From Sinorhizobium meliloti (GTDB lineage Bacteria; Pseudomonadota; Alphaproteobacteria; Rhizobiales; Rhizobiaceae), in assembly GCF_017876815.1 (NCBI RefSeq), contig NZ_JAGIOS010000002.1, positions 1 through 32,000 on the forward strand: 32,000 nucleotides of DNA. The letters run 5' to 3'. Of this stretch, positions 8,760 to 18,294 are shown in pieces. The stretch's first letter is position 1; each line of letters opens with the position of its first letter. The notes beneath the pieces were generated by a model. That model was not told where the DNA came from and made no database searches. It was given only the letters and a program-made list of their open reading frames with translations. The position numbers and the translations under genes are program-made.

Positions 8760-9644
8760 ATGAGCGTTCGGCGCAGCACGATCATCTTCGCCTGGGTCCT
8801 GCTTCTTCCGGCCGTCTTCTACGTGACGGTTATCGTCGCCTATCCGCTGGTCGATACCTTCGTCCTGTCCTTCACCGACGCCTCGCTGAAGAAGACGACC
8901 AAATGGGTCGGCACGGCCAATTACGACAAGATCTTCAACGCCACCTTCGCGGAAGTGATCCTCCGCACCTTCGTCTGGACCGCCTTCTCGGTGACGATCA
9001 AGATGATCATCGGCACATTCGGAGCGGTGATGCTGAACGCCGCAGTGCCGGGGCGGGCGCTTTTTCGCGTGCTCACCATGCCGCCGTGGATCGTGCCCAT
9101 GGCGATCGGCATCTTCATGTGGGGCTGGATGTATAACGGCCAGTTCGGAATGATCTCCGGGACGCTCCAGAACTGGGGGCTGGTGGACGGTCCGGTCGCC
9201 TTCCTGGCGCATGGCTCCACCGCTTTCTGGGCGACCATCGTCACCGACGTCTGGATCGGCGTGCCTCTGGTGACGCTTTACATGCTCGCCTCGATGCAGG
9301 CGATCCCGCAGGATCTCTACGAGGCCGCCTGGACTGACGGAGCAGGGCGCTTCTACCGCTTCCGCCGCATCACCCTGCCGCTTCTGGTGCCGTCGATGAT
9401 CACCATGTCGATGCTGTCGCTGATCGCCACCTTCAACTCGTTCGACATCATCTGGATCTTGACCCAGGGCGGGCCGAACGGCGACACGACGACGATGATC
9501 ATCGACACCTACCGGACCGCGATCGGCTCGAAGAAATACGGGGAGGGCGCGGCGCGCGCCGTGCTGATCTGTATCTTCCTGTCGATCTTCTGCATCGCCT
9601 ATTTCCGCGTCACGCACCGCCTTGCCACGGGAGAAAGCCGATGA
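8760..9644 (+). CDS. Carbohydrate ABC transporter permease (MalF/UgpA type)
   Basis: 294-aa polytopic ORF with RBS GGGGAGGGG. EAA loop: LYEAAWTDGAGRFYRFRRITLPLL. Confidence 0.9.
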   Translation: MSVRRSTIIFAWVLLLPAVFYVTVIVAYPLVDTFVLSFTDASLKKTTKWVGTANYDKIFNATFAEVILRTFVWTAFSVTIKMIIGTFGAVMLNAAVPGRALFRVLTMPPWIVPMAIGIFMWGWMYNGQFGMISGTLQNWGLVDGPVAFLAHGSTAFWATIVTDVWIGVPLVTLYMLASMQAIPQDLYEAAWTDGAGRFYRFRRITLPLLVPSMITMSMLSLIATFNSFDIIWILTQGGPNGDTTTMIIDTYRTAIGSKKYGEGAARAVLICIFLSIFCIAYFRVTHRLATGESR

Positions 9645-10498
9645 GCCAGCCCGCAATGATCAACCGCTACCGCTGGTACGAGCTCGTCGGCATCTATGGG
9701 GGCATCTTCGTCTTCCTCACTTTCATCCTCGCGCCTTTCGTCGAAGGCTTCCTCGTATCTCTGAAGCCGCTGGGCCGCCTCTTTTCCTCTCCCTACCGCT
9801 TCTGGCCGGAGAACGGTTCCTTCGAGGCCTATCGCACCATGTGGGTAAGCGTGCCGGGCTTCGCCCGCTATATCTTCAACTCCTTCTTCATCTCCATCAT
9901 CGTGACAGCCGTCGTGCTGGCGCTGGTGGTGCCGGCGGCCTATGCCTTTGCGCGCTTCAAGTTCCGCGGCAGCGGGGCGCTGCTTGCCGCTTTCCTGGCG
10001 GTCAACATGTTCTCGGGCGCCGTGCTGCTCATCCCTCTCTTTCGGCTGATGCGCAGCTTCGGCGTACTGAACACCTATTTCGCCATGATCGTGCCGGGTG
10101 TCGCCTTCCTGATCCCCTCCGCTATCTGGCTTCTGCGCACCTACATGATGCGCATCCCGCGCGAGCTGGACGAGGCAGCCTTCGTCGACGGTGCAAGCCA
10201 TTTCTACACGCTACGCCGGGTGATCCTGCCGATCGCCATGCCGGGCATCACCGTAGTGGCGATCACCACCTTCATCGGCTCCTATGCCCAGCAGTTCATT
10301 TTCGCGCTGACCTTCAACTCGAAGAGCGAGTACATGCCGCTGCCCGTGGGCCTTTTCGCCTATTTCGGCCGGCAGGAGGTGGTCTGGAACGAGCTGATGG
10401 CGGCAAGTTTCGTCGGCATCGCCCCGGCCGTGATCGTGATCTTCTTCCTTCAACGCTATCTCGTCAGCGGCCTGACCGCCGGCGCGGTGAAACAATAA
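9641..10498 (+). CDS. Carbohydrate ABC transporter permease (MalG/UgpE type)
   Basis: The ATG overlaps the upstream stop (ATGA). EAA loop: LDEAAFVDGASHFYTLRRVILPIAMPG. Confidence 0.9.
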   Translation: MSQPAMINRYRWYELVGIYGGIFVFLTFILAPFVEGFLVSLKPLGRLFSSPYRFWPENGSFEAYRTMWVSVPGFARYIFNSFFISIIVTAVVLALVVPAAYAFARFKFRGSGALLAAFLAVNMFSGAVLLIPLFRLMRSFGVLNTYFAMIVPGVAFLIPSAIWLLRTYMMRIPRELDEAAFVDGASHFYTLRRVILPIAMPGITVVAITTFIGSYAQQFIFALTFNSKSEYMPLPVGLFAYFGRQEVVWNELMAASFVGIAPAVIVIFFLQRYLVSGLTAGAVKQ

Positions 10499-10527
10499 GC
10501 AACCATTAAAACAGGGGAGTTTCATCA

Positions 10528-11757
10528 GTGACTATTGCCTACAAAGCTACCTTTCTCACGCTTGCGCTGCTCGGATCGACCGCTCTCGGCAGCGTCGCCG
10601 CACAGGCCGCGGACCAGGAAATCAGCTGGATCTATTGCGGCGACACGATCGATCCTATCCACGAGAAATACATCAAGGAATGGGAGGGGAAGAATCCCGG
10701 CTGGAAGGTGACGCCCGAAGTCGTCGGCTGGGCCCAGTGTCAGGACAAGGCGACGACGCTTGCCGTGGCCGGGACTCCGGTCGGCATGGCCTATGTCGGA
10801 TCGCGCGCGCTCAAGGAGTTCGCCGAGAACGAATTGATCGTTCCGGTCCCGATGACCGAGGACGAGAAAAAGGGCTACTATCCGAATATCGTCGACACGG
10901 TGACGTTCGAGGGAACGCAGTGGGGCGTGCCTATCGCATTTTCCACCAAGGCACTCTACTGGAACAAGGACCTTTTCAAGCAGGCCGGTCTCGACCCGGA
11001 AGTCCCGCCCAAAACCTGGGCCGAGGAGATCGCCTTCGCCAAGCAGATCAAGGAAAAGACCGGCATTGCGGGCTACGGACTTCCGGCCAAGACCTTCGAC
11101 AACACGATGCACCAGTTCATGCACTGGGTTTATACCAATAACGGCAAGGTCATCGACGGCGACAATATCGTCATCGACAGCCCGGAAGTCCTTGCCGCCC
11201 TGCAGGCCTACAAGGACATCACTCCCTTTTCTGTCGAGGGGGCGACGGCTTACGAGCAGAACGAAATCCGCGCCATCTTCCTTGACGGGAAAGTCGGCAT
11301 GATCCAATCGGGCTCCGGAGCTGCCGCCCGGCTGAAGGAAACGAAGGTCAATTGGGGTGTAGCGCCGCTGCCGCTCGGCCCTTCGGCCAAGGGCGAAGGC
11401 ACGCTGCTGATCACCGACAGCCTTGTGGTGTTCAAGGATACGGGTGTCGAAGAAAAGGCGATCGAGTTCGCCAAGTTCATCACCTCTCCCGGCCCGCAGG
11501 GCGAGTACGAGTTGCAGGGCGGTGCAGGTTTGACGCCGCTTCGGCCGTCTCCGAAGGTGGACGAATTCGTCAAGGCCGATCCGTCCTGGAAGCCGTTTAT
11601 CGACGGGATAGCCTATGGTGGCCCGGAGCCGCTCTTCAAGGACTTCAAAGGTTTTCAGAACACGATGATCGAGATGGTCCAGTCGGTGGTGACCGGCAAG
11701 GCCGAGCCGGCGGATGCCTTGAAGAAGGCGGCCGCCGACCTCGAACAGTACAAGTAA
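10528..11757 (+). CDS. Extracellular solute-binding protein family 1 (sugar/oligosaccharide SBP)
   Basis: GTG start preceded by AGGGGAG. Has a signal peptide ([20 protein letters not shown]). 409 aa, typical of CUT1 SBPs. Confidence 0.88.
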   Translation: MTIAYKATFLTLALLGSTALGSVAAQAADQEISWIYCGDTIDPIHEKYIKEWEGKNPGWKVTPEVVGWAQCQDKATTLAVAGTPVGMAYVGSRALKEFAENELIVPVPMTEDEKKGYYPNIVDTVTFEGTQWGVPIAFSTKALYWNKDLFKQAGLDPEVPPKTWAEEIAFAKQIKEKTGIAGYGLPAKTFDNTMHQFMHWVYTNNGKVIDGDNIVIDSPEVLAALQAYKDITPFSVEGATAYEQNEIRAIFLDGKVGMIQSGSGAAARLKETKVNWGVAPLPLGPSAKGEGTLLITDSLVVFKDTGVEEKAIEFAKFITSPGPQGEYELQGGAGLTPLRPSPKVDEFVKADPSWKPFIDGIAYGGPEPLFKDFKGFQNTMIEMVQSVVTGKAEPADALKKAAADLEQYK

Positions 11758-11827
11758 ACGCGCCGGGACCGCGGGGCTTCGGCTCGGCGGTTCCGCCTTC
11801 AATATTGGCGGAAATGCCGCTGCGCCG

Positions 11828-12979
<1,152 letters not shown>

Positions 12980-12981
12980 TC

Positions 12982-13482
12982 GTGAGCGCGACGATCAGGC
13001 TGCTTGGTATCGACGAAGCCGAGGCCTTCCGCAGCATTCGGCTGGAAGCGCTGCGGACGGAGCCTGCCTTCTTTGCCAGCAGCGCCGAAGATTGGGAAAA
13101 GCTGCCGGACGAGGAGTGGCGGCGCAGAACCGTCGGCAACCCCGTCTTCGTTGCCTTCCAGGACGATGTTCCAGTCGGGATCATGGGCCTGATGCGTCAG
13201 AGCGCAAGCAAGATGGCGCATCGTGCGACGCTCGTCATGGTCTATCTGCGCCGGGAACTGCGCGGAACCGGGCTTGCGAAGCGGCTTCTGGATGCTGTCG
13301 CGGATTACGCACGAAACGAGGGCATCAAACAGCTGGAGCTTGCCGTCAGCGCCGACAACCCGGCGGCGATCCGATTTTACCATCGCGAGGGGTTTTCTGT
13401 AGCCGGCCGCATACCAAGCGGTTTTCTTCACGAGGGTCGGGAGATCGACGATGTCATCATGGTGAAACGCATCGCAGATTGA
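12982..13482 (+). CDS. GNAT-family N-acetyltransferase
   Basis: GTG start 3 nt after the ATPase stop. The acetyl-CoA motif RRELRGTGLAKRLL and NPAAIRFYHREGF are typical of GNAT motifs A/B. Confidence 0.8.
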   Translation: MSATIRLLGIDEAEAFRSIRLEALRTEPAFFASSAEDWEKLPDEEWRRRTVGNPVFVAFQDDVPVGIMGLMRQSASKMAHRATLVMVYLRRELRGTGLAKRLLDAVADYARNEGIKQLELAVSADNPAAIRFYHREGFSVAGRIPSGFLHEGREIDDVIMVKRIAD

Positions 13483-13494
13483 GTGCCGGCCCGT

Positions 13495-13538
13495 CCCACA
13501 TGCGGCCACCCTCGCCGCACGTGGGAGCGAGGGTGGCC
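13495..13538 (+). terminator. GC-rich stem-loop(s) downstream of the GNAT gene (no T-tract)
   Basis: GGCCACCCTCGC-N11-GCGAGGGTGGCC (13504-13538) is a 12-bp perfect stem. It overlaps an alternative stem CCCACATGCGG/CCGCACGTGGG (13495-13525). Confidence 0.35.
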
Positions 13539-13632
13539 AGCAGTTGCGAAAGGACATTGACGTCACGAGCAATCGCGCGAAAATCGGTGGCGCATTCAGG
13601 TTGCTTTGGTGAACTCGGATCGGGAGGCGGGA

Positions 13633-14016
13633 ATGTCGGAAACAACCGTCAACGTGCGTTACATGGTCGACGACGTCGATTCTGCGGTCGAATGGTACAC
13701 GAAGCATCTCGGCTTTTCGCTTCTCTCCAACCACGCTCCCGCTTTCGCGGATGTCAGGCGGGGAGCCCTGCGGCTATTGCTGAGCGGCCCATTGAGCTCA
13801 GCGGGCCGGCCAATGCCGGACGGCGAACGTCCTTCGCCGGGCGGCTGGAACCGGATTCATCTCATCGTCGACGACCTGGCTGTCGAGGTCGAGCGCCTGC
13901 GCGCCGCCGGCGTCAGGTTTCGCAACGACGTCGTGACCGGGCCCGGCGGATCGCAGATACTGCTGATTGATCCTTCCGGCAACATTGTAGAGCTGTTTCA
14001 GCCGGCGGTTCGCTGA
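13633..14016 (+). CDS. VOC (glyoxalase/bleomycin-resistance/dioxygenase) family protein
   Basis: Start MSETTVNVRY, preceded by GGGAGG. The roughly 127-aa beta-alpha-beta-beta-beta module pattern (VDDVDSAVEWYTKHLGF ... LIDPSGNIVELFQ) fits the family. Confidence 0.8.
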   Translation: MSETTVNVRYMVDDVDSAVEWYTKHLGFSLLSNHAPAFADVRRGALRLLLSGPLSSAGRPMPDGERPSPGGWNRIHLIVDDLAVEVERLRAAGVRFRNDVVTGPGGSQILLIDPSGNIVELFQPAVR

Positions 14017-14096
14017 CGACGCAGGTCCCCAGATCAGCTCGGAAAGTTCCGACTTGTCGGCTCGCTTGGTTCAGCCGGCGAGCGCGCCTAGGAGGT

Positions 14097-15590
14097 TCAC
14101 AAGCCTCCCGCCAACCCGTGCGGGTCGGTCGTCATCGGCCAGATGTCGCGCCTTGCGCGCCGATAGGGAGTCCGCGCCGGGTCGTTGGGGTAGGGCGTCC
14201 CGGCAGAGCAATAGAGGATCTCGGACGCGATCTTGGAGAATGACGCGAAGAAGTGGTTCGTGGATTTGATCACGAGGATCTTTTTCGACGTGGGATCGAT
14301 GCCCATCACCGAGAAAAGGCTCGGGTCGAAGCTCTGGGCGCGCGTCGTGTTCAGGATGATGTCGATGCCATGCAAGCGGATATGAACGGCGTCGCCGAAG
14401 GGGGCGAAGCTCTCTCCGAAGCGCATTTCCGCATTGCGCACCAGCTTGACGACCTTGACGATGCCATCGATCGGCCGCCCCGTGCCGGGCCCGGATTTCG
14501 CGCCGAAGCGCAAGGGGATCTCGGCGTCTTCGCCGGCCGCCATGCAGATCTGCACGGCCATGGGATCCCAGATCGTGCCGATCGCCGTGTCGGTCGCGTT
14601 CCTCGCAATGAGTTCCTCCAACACGACCGTCGCATCGCCCGCCGTGCCGCCGCCTGGATTATCCCACATATCGGCAATCACCACGGGACCGGCCGGAGCC
14701 GCCAGCGCCTGTGCCACTGCCTGGCGTTCGTCGATCTCCGGCATGCGATACGTGCCGCGGCGGGAGAAGAGCTCGAGACCCAGCTCACGGGCGAGAGCCT
14801 CGCCTTTCTCCGCCTTGCCGTTGGTGACGACCAGCATCTTGGTGCCCATTTCCGCAACGTCGCCGGCCATGAATCCATGCACGACGGACAATGACAGCAC
14901 ATCGGCATCGTCCCGCTCGATCTGCATCAGCTTGTCCACGAAGCTGCGCATGGGGTCGCGCGAGGTGGGGAAGACGTCTATCATCCGGCAGTCGAAAATG
15001 GACATCACCGGCGTTACGCGGCCCTCGAGCGTATCGATCGCGATCCGCCAGAGGTCTTCGGCGCGTTCGACGAAATCGGTGTGCGGGAACTCCTTGAAGA
15101 AGACGAAGAAATCCGCGGCCGCCGCTCTCCTTGCGGTGAGGTGGCTGTGCGGGTCGAGTTCGGCGCAGACGAGCACGTCCGCACCTACGATTTCGCGCAC
15201 GCGCTGAAGCAGGTCGCCTTCGGTATCCTCGCAGCCGTCGGCGACCATTGCCCCATGCAGGCCCAGAACGACGGCATCGACGGGCAGGGCGGAACGCAAT
15301 TGGCCGAGAATTTCGTCACGCAGATCCTCATAGGTCTGGCGATTGACGAGACCGGCAGGATCCGCCCAGGCTGCGGTGCCTTCGATCAGTTCCCAGCCTT
15401 TTTGCGCGGTCACGCGGCGGCCGACGGTGATCGGCGCGGTGCAGAGCGTCGGCGTTTCGGGGTGCTTTCCGGGCGGAGCATAAAGCGATGCCTCGAATGC
15501 GCGCCTGTCTATGCAGATAGGAGAAAAGGTGTTCGTCTCGGTCGCGAGCGCCGCCGTGAAGATGCGCAATGGCTTCGCCTTGTCCGTCAA
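14097..15590 (-). CDS. M81-family metallopeptidase (MlrC / microcystinase-C-like), paralog 1
   Basis: 497 aa. The N-terminal ATETNTFSP, LHGAMV and DPHSH segments and the C-terminal MlrC_C-like region (NPGGGTAGD) fit the family. Its start sits 1 nt after the upstream gene's stop. Confidence 0.8.
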   Translation of the reverse strand: MTDKAKPLRIFTAALATETNTFSPICIDRRAFEASLYAPPGKHPETPTLCTAPITVGRRVTAQKGWELIEGTAAWADPAGLVNRQTYEDLRDEILGQLRSALPVDAVVLGLHGAMVADGCEDTEGDLLQRVREIVGADVLVCAELDPHSHLTARRAAAADFFVFFKEFPHTDFVERAEDLWRIAIDTLEGRVTPVMSIFDCRMIDVFPTSRDPMRSFVDKLMQIERDDADVLSLSVVHGFMAGDVAEMGTKMLVVTNGKAEKGEALARELGLELFSRRGTYRMPEIDERQAVAQALAAPAGPVVIADMWDNPGGGTAGDATVVLEELIARNATDTAIGTIWDPMAVQICMAAGEDAEIPLRFGAKSGPGTGRPIDGIVKVVKLVRNAEMRFGESFAPFGDAVHIRLHGIDIILNTTRAQSFDPSLFSVMGIDPTSKKILVIKSTNHFFASFSKIASEILYCSAGTPYPNDPARTPYRRARRDIWPMTTDPHGLAGGL

Positions 15591-15591
15591 C

Positions 15592-16083
15592 TCAGTTCGA
15601 CCCCATCGGATTGGGGAGATAGCCGGTGAAGCCGCAGATTTTCCACCGGCCCCGGTGGAGGCGGCAATAGTAAACCGTCTGCCACTTCATCACGTCGAAC
15701 GTGCCGTCCGCTTTCTTCAGCCCGCCGTCGAATTTCTTGCGCGCAAGGGCAAGCTCTCCGTCGACCTCGATGTCTTCCAGGGTCGTGGTGGTGAAGATCG
15801 CTTCCCGCGGATCCTCGGCAAAGGACTGCCCGGCGAAGTCCCGCGCCTGGCGCAGCCATTCGTCGCGATAGACGGCGAGCGAGGGAAAGGTGAGCCGCCA
15901 TTTGTCCGGGTTCGTCTCCCGCCGTCCGTCGATGCCGATGAAGCTCTCCTCGACGAAATCGTCGGCTACCATCGACCAGTCGGCGGCCAGGAACGCGTCG
16001 ATATCGCGGCTAACCAACATCTCCCATATGGAATGGCGCGCCGTGTCGCTTTCTGGAAACGGATTCTGGAAGGGATTCCGCAT
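15592..16083 (-). CDS. NTF2-like / SnoaL-like superfamily protein (function unknown)
   Basis: The ORF is open to 16158. However, the first 25 codons are AT-rich with atypical third positions for this genome, so ATG 16083 (MRNPFQNPF...) is preferred. About 163 aa, consistent in size with the NTF2 fold. Forms an operon with MlrC paralog 1. Confidence 0.55.
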   Translation of the reverse strand: MRNPFQNPFPESDTARHSIWEMLVSRDIDAFLAADWSMVADDFVEESFIGIDGRRETNPDKWRLTFPSLAVYRDEWLRQARDFAGQSFAEDPREAIFTTTTLEDIEVDGELALARKKFDGGLKKADGTFDVMKWQTVYYCRLHRGRWKICGFTGYLPNPMGSN

Positions 16084-16200
16084 GCATTTTTGCCCGGTAT
16101 TGAAATTCTTTTCATAAATGTCGATTTTCACTGGCCAAATTCCGTGTTCTATGGTCATTTGTCAACGGATAAAGAAAATAATTTGCAGAACGGGTCCTCG

Positions 16201-16590
16201 ATGTCGATCAAGCGCTATGGTGCCGAACAGGTGGGCGCAGGCGGAAAAACATTGCCTTTCGCACGTGCCGTGGAGGCGGGCGGCTGGCTTCACGTCTCCG
16301 GTCAGGTCGCGATGGAAAACGGCGAGATCATCGGCGGCAACATCGTCGCCCAGACGCACAAGGCGATCGGCAATCTTCTGGCCATCTTGAAAGAGGCCGG
16401 CTACGGTGTCGAGCACGTGGTGAGAGTTGGCGTCTGGCTGGACGATCCGCGCGATTTCTGGAGCTTCAACCGGATCTATCAGGATTATTTCGGAGCTCAT
16501 CCGCCGGCGCGCGCCTGCGTACAGTCCTCCATGATGGTCGATTGCAAGGTGGAGATCGATTGCGTCGCCTATAAGCCGAAGGACGCCTGA
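16201..16590 (+). CDS. RidA/YjgF/UK114-family reactive-intermediate (enamine/imine) deaminase
   Basis: Internal start MSIKRYGAEQ. 129 aa. ARAVEAGGWLHVSGQV, VRVGVWL and PARACVQ are typical of the RidA family. Confidence 0.85.
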   Translation: MSIKRYGAEQVGAGGKTLPFARAVEAGGWLHVSGQVAMENGEIIGGNIVAQTHKAIGNLLAILKEAGYGVEHVVRVGVWLDDPRDFWSFNRIYQDYFGAHPPARACVQSSMMVDCKVEIDCVAYKPKDA

Positions 16591-16610
16591 AGGGGGAAGG
16601 GCGCCGTTCG

Positions 16611-17474
16611 ATGGATATTTTCGCGACACTGCAGGAGGAGAGGGGGCGGTTATCCCAATCGGAGAACCGCATCGCCGATATCCTGCTCAACGATTTCGAG
16701 TTTGCGGTGAACGCTTCGATCATTGAGCTTGCCGGCAAGGCCGACGTTTCGCCGCCGACGGTCACGCGCTTCTGCCGGCGCCTCGGCTGCGAGAGCTTTT
16801 CCGATTTCAAGGTGCAGCTGGCACGCACACCCTATGTCGGCATGCGCTACCTGAAGCCCGAGCCGAAGAGCCAGGAGCCCGGGGATGTGGCACAGGATAT
16901 CATCACCAAGGCGCAGAATGCGCTCTTCCTGCTGCACCGTTCGCTCGACCTTGTAGCGATCGAGCGGGCAGCCGACCGGCTTGCGCAAGCGGAAATGATC
17001 TATGCCTTCGGTTCCGGAGGCAACTCCTCGATGATCGCCGGGGAGTTCCAGAACCGTCTCTTCCGCCTGGGATTGCGCATCACCGCAAGTTCCGATCACA
17101 GCATGCAGATGATGATGGCGGCGGCCGCACGGCCGGCCGACGTTATTGTCGGCTCCTCCTTTTCGGGACGCAATGCGGAGATCGTGCGCGCCTTCACGCT
17201 TGCGCGCGAGGCCAAGGTGCCGACGATCGCGCTTACCCAGAGCGGCAGTCCGGTCGCGCAGGCCGCCGATATCACCGTGCCGGTCGACCTGCCGGAAGGA
17301 AACAACATCTATCGTCCGACCTCCACCCGTATCGCCTACATCGCACTGCTCGATATCGTCGCGAGCCTCGTCGCCTACCGCGTCCAGCCGCAGGCGACGG
17401 TGACGCTCAGGCGCATCAAGCAGCAGCTGGTGGTGCACAGGGATGGCGACGACCGACAGCTTCTCGGAGACTGA
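16611..17474 (+). CDS. MurR/RpiR-family transcriptional regulator (HTH_6 + SIS domain)
   Basis: N-terminal LSQSENRIADILL...SIIELAGKADVSPPTVTRFCRRLGCESFSDFK HTH, plus a C-terminal SIS phosphosugar-binding module (IYAFGSGGNS). Confidence 0.9.
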   Translation: MDIFATLQEERGRLSQSENRIADILLNDFEFAVNASIIELAGKADVSPPTVTRFCRRLGCESFSDFKVQLARTPYVGMRYLKPEPKSQEPGDVAQDIITKAQNALFLLHRSLDLVAIERAADRLAQAEMIYAFGSGGNSSMIAGEFQNRLFRLGLRITASSDHSMQMMMAAAARPADVIVGSSFSGRNAEIVRAFTLAREAKVPTIALTQSGSPVAQAADITVPVDLPEGNNIYRPTSTRIAYIALLDIVASLVAYRVQPQATVTLRRIKQQLVVHRDGDDRQLLGD

Positions 17475-17493
17475 CGTGCCAGAAGGAACGCCG

Positions 17494-18270
17494 ATGCCGA
17501 AATCCGTAGCGATCGTCACAGGAGCTGCCGGCGACATCGGCCGCGCTATCGCCGCGCGCCTGGGCGACGGACACGACACCGTTCTCGTAGCCGACATCAA
17601 CACTGAGGCGGCGGAGAGGACGGCGCGTGAACTCGGCGGAACGGAGCGCTTCCTGGCCGTCCCCTGCGATGTGACGGACGTCGCAAGCGTGGCCGCAATG
17701 GCGCAGGCTGCCGCCTCCGTCGGCACCGTGCGCACCCTCGTGAACAATGCGGGTGCCGCCCGCGCGGTCAGCCTGCACGACACCACGCAGGACATTTGGC
17801 GCATGGACAATGCACTCAACCTCGAAGCGGCCTTTCTCTGTTTCCGGGCTGTCGAAGAAATGCTGAAAGAGAGCCGGGGCTCGGTCGTCAACATCGCCTC
17901 GGTGAACGGCATGAATGTTTTCGGCCATCCGGCCTATAGCGCCGCCAAGGCGGGCCTTCTGCACCTGACGCGACTGATCGCCGTCGAATACGGCAAGTTC
18001 GGCATCCGCGCGAATGCGGTGGCGCCGGCCACGGTGCGCACGCAGGCCTGGGAGGCACGCGCAGCCGCCAATCCGCAGGTCTTCGAGGAGGCGAAGCGCT
18101 GGTATCCCCTGCAGCGTATCGTCGACCCGAAGGACGTCGCCGAAGCGGTGCATTTCCTTGCCAGCCCCGCCGCCGGAGCCATCTCCGGCATCTGCCTGCC
18201 GGTCGACTGCGGGCTGACCGCCGGACAGGCGGAAGTCGCGCGGACCTTCTCGCAATCGATCCATTACTGA
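17494..18270 (+). CDS. SDR-family (short-chain dehydrogenase/reductase) oxidoreductase
   Basis: Start MPKSVAIVTGAAGDIGRA (TGxxxGIG). NNAG motif, and catalytic YSAAK after S (ASV). The start is 20 nt after the rpiR-like stop. Confidence 0.9.
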   Translation: MPKSVAIVTGAAGDIGRAIAARLGDGHDTVLVADINTEAAERTARELGGTERFLAVPCDVTDVASVAAMAQAAASVGTVRTLVNNAGAARAVSLHDTTQDIWRMDNALNLEAAFLCFRAVEEMLKESRGSVVNIASVNGMNVFGHPAYSAAKAGLLHLTRLIAVEYGKFGIRANAVAPATVRTQAWEARAAANPQVFEEAKRWYPLQRIVDPKDVAEAVHFLASPAAGAISGICLPVDCGLTAGQAEVARTFSQSIHY

Positions 18271-18294
18271 CAATTCCACCTTGGGAGGATGTTC

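Noticed and set aside
7545-9656. Very long antisense ORFs: 703 aa at 7545-9656(-). Similar cases are 10525-11868(-), 16650-17912(-), 20094-21791(-), 4260-5405(-), 5597-6874(-), 24541-26064(+), 26575-27459(+) and 28299-29525(+).
   Set aside because: These are typical high-GC shadow ORFs. Their translations are R/G/D/H/P-rich and low complexity with no family motifs. In each case the opposite strand encodes proteins with unmistakable conserved motifs (ABC permeases, MlrC, hut enzymes).
12982-14016. GNAT + small downstream gene as a GNAT-toxin/antitoxin pair.
   Set aside because: The downstream gene is a VOC/glyoxalase-fold protein, not an RHH/HTH antitoxin. It is separated by 150 nt with a hairpin and its own RBS, and the GNAT gene is translationally linked to the ABC operon instead.
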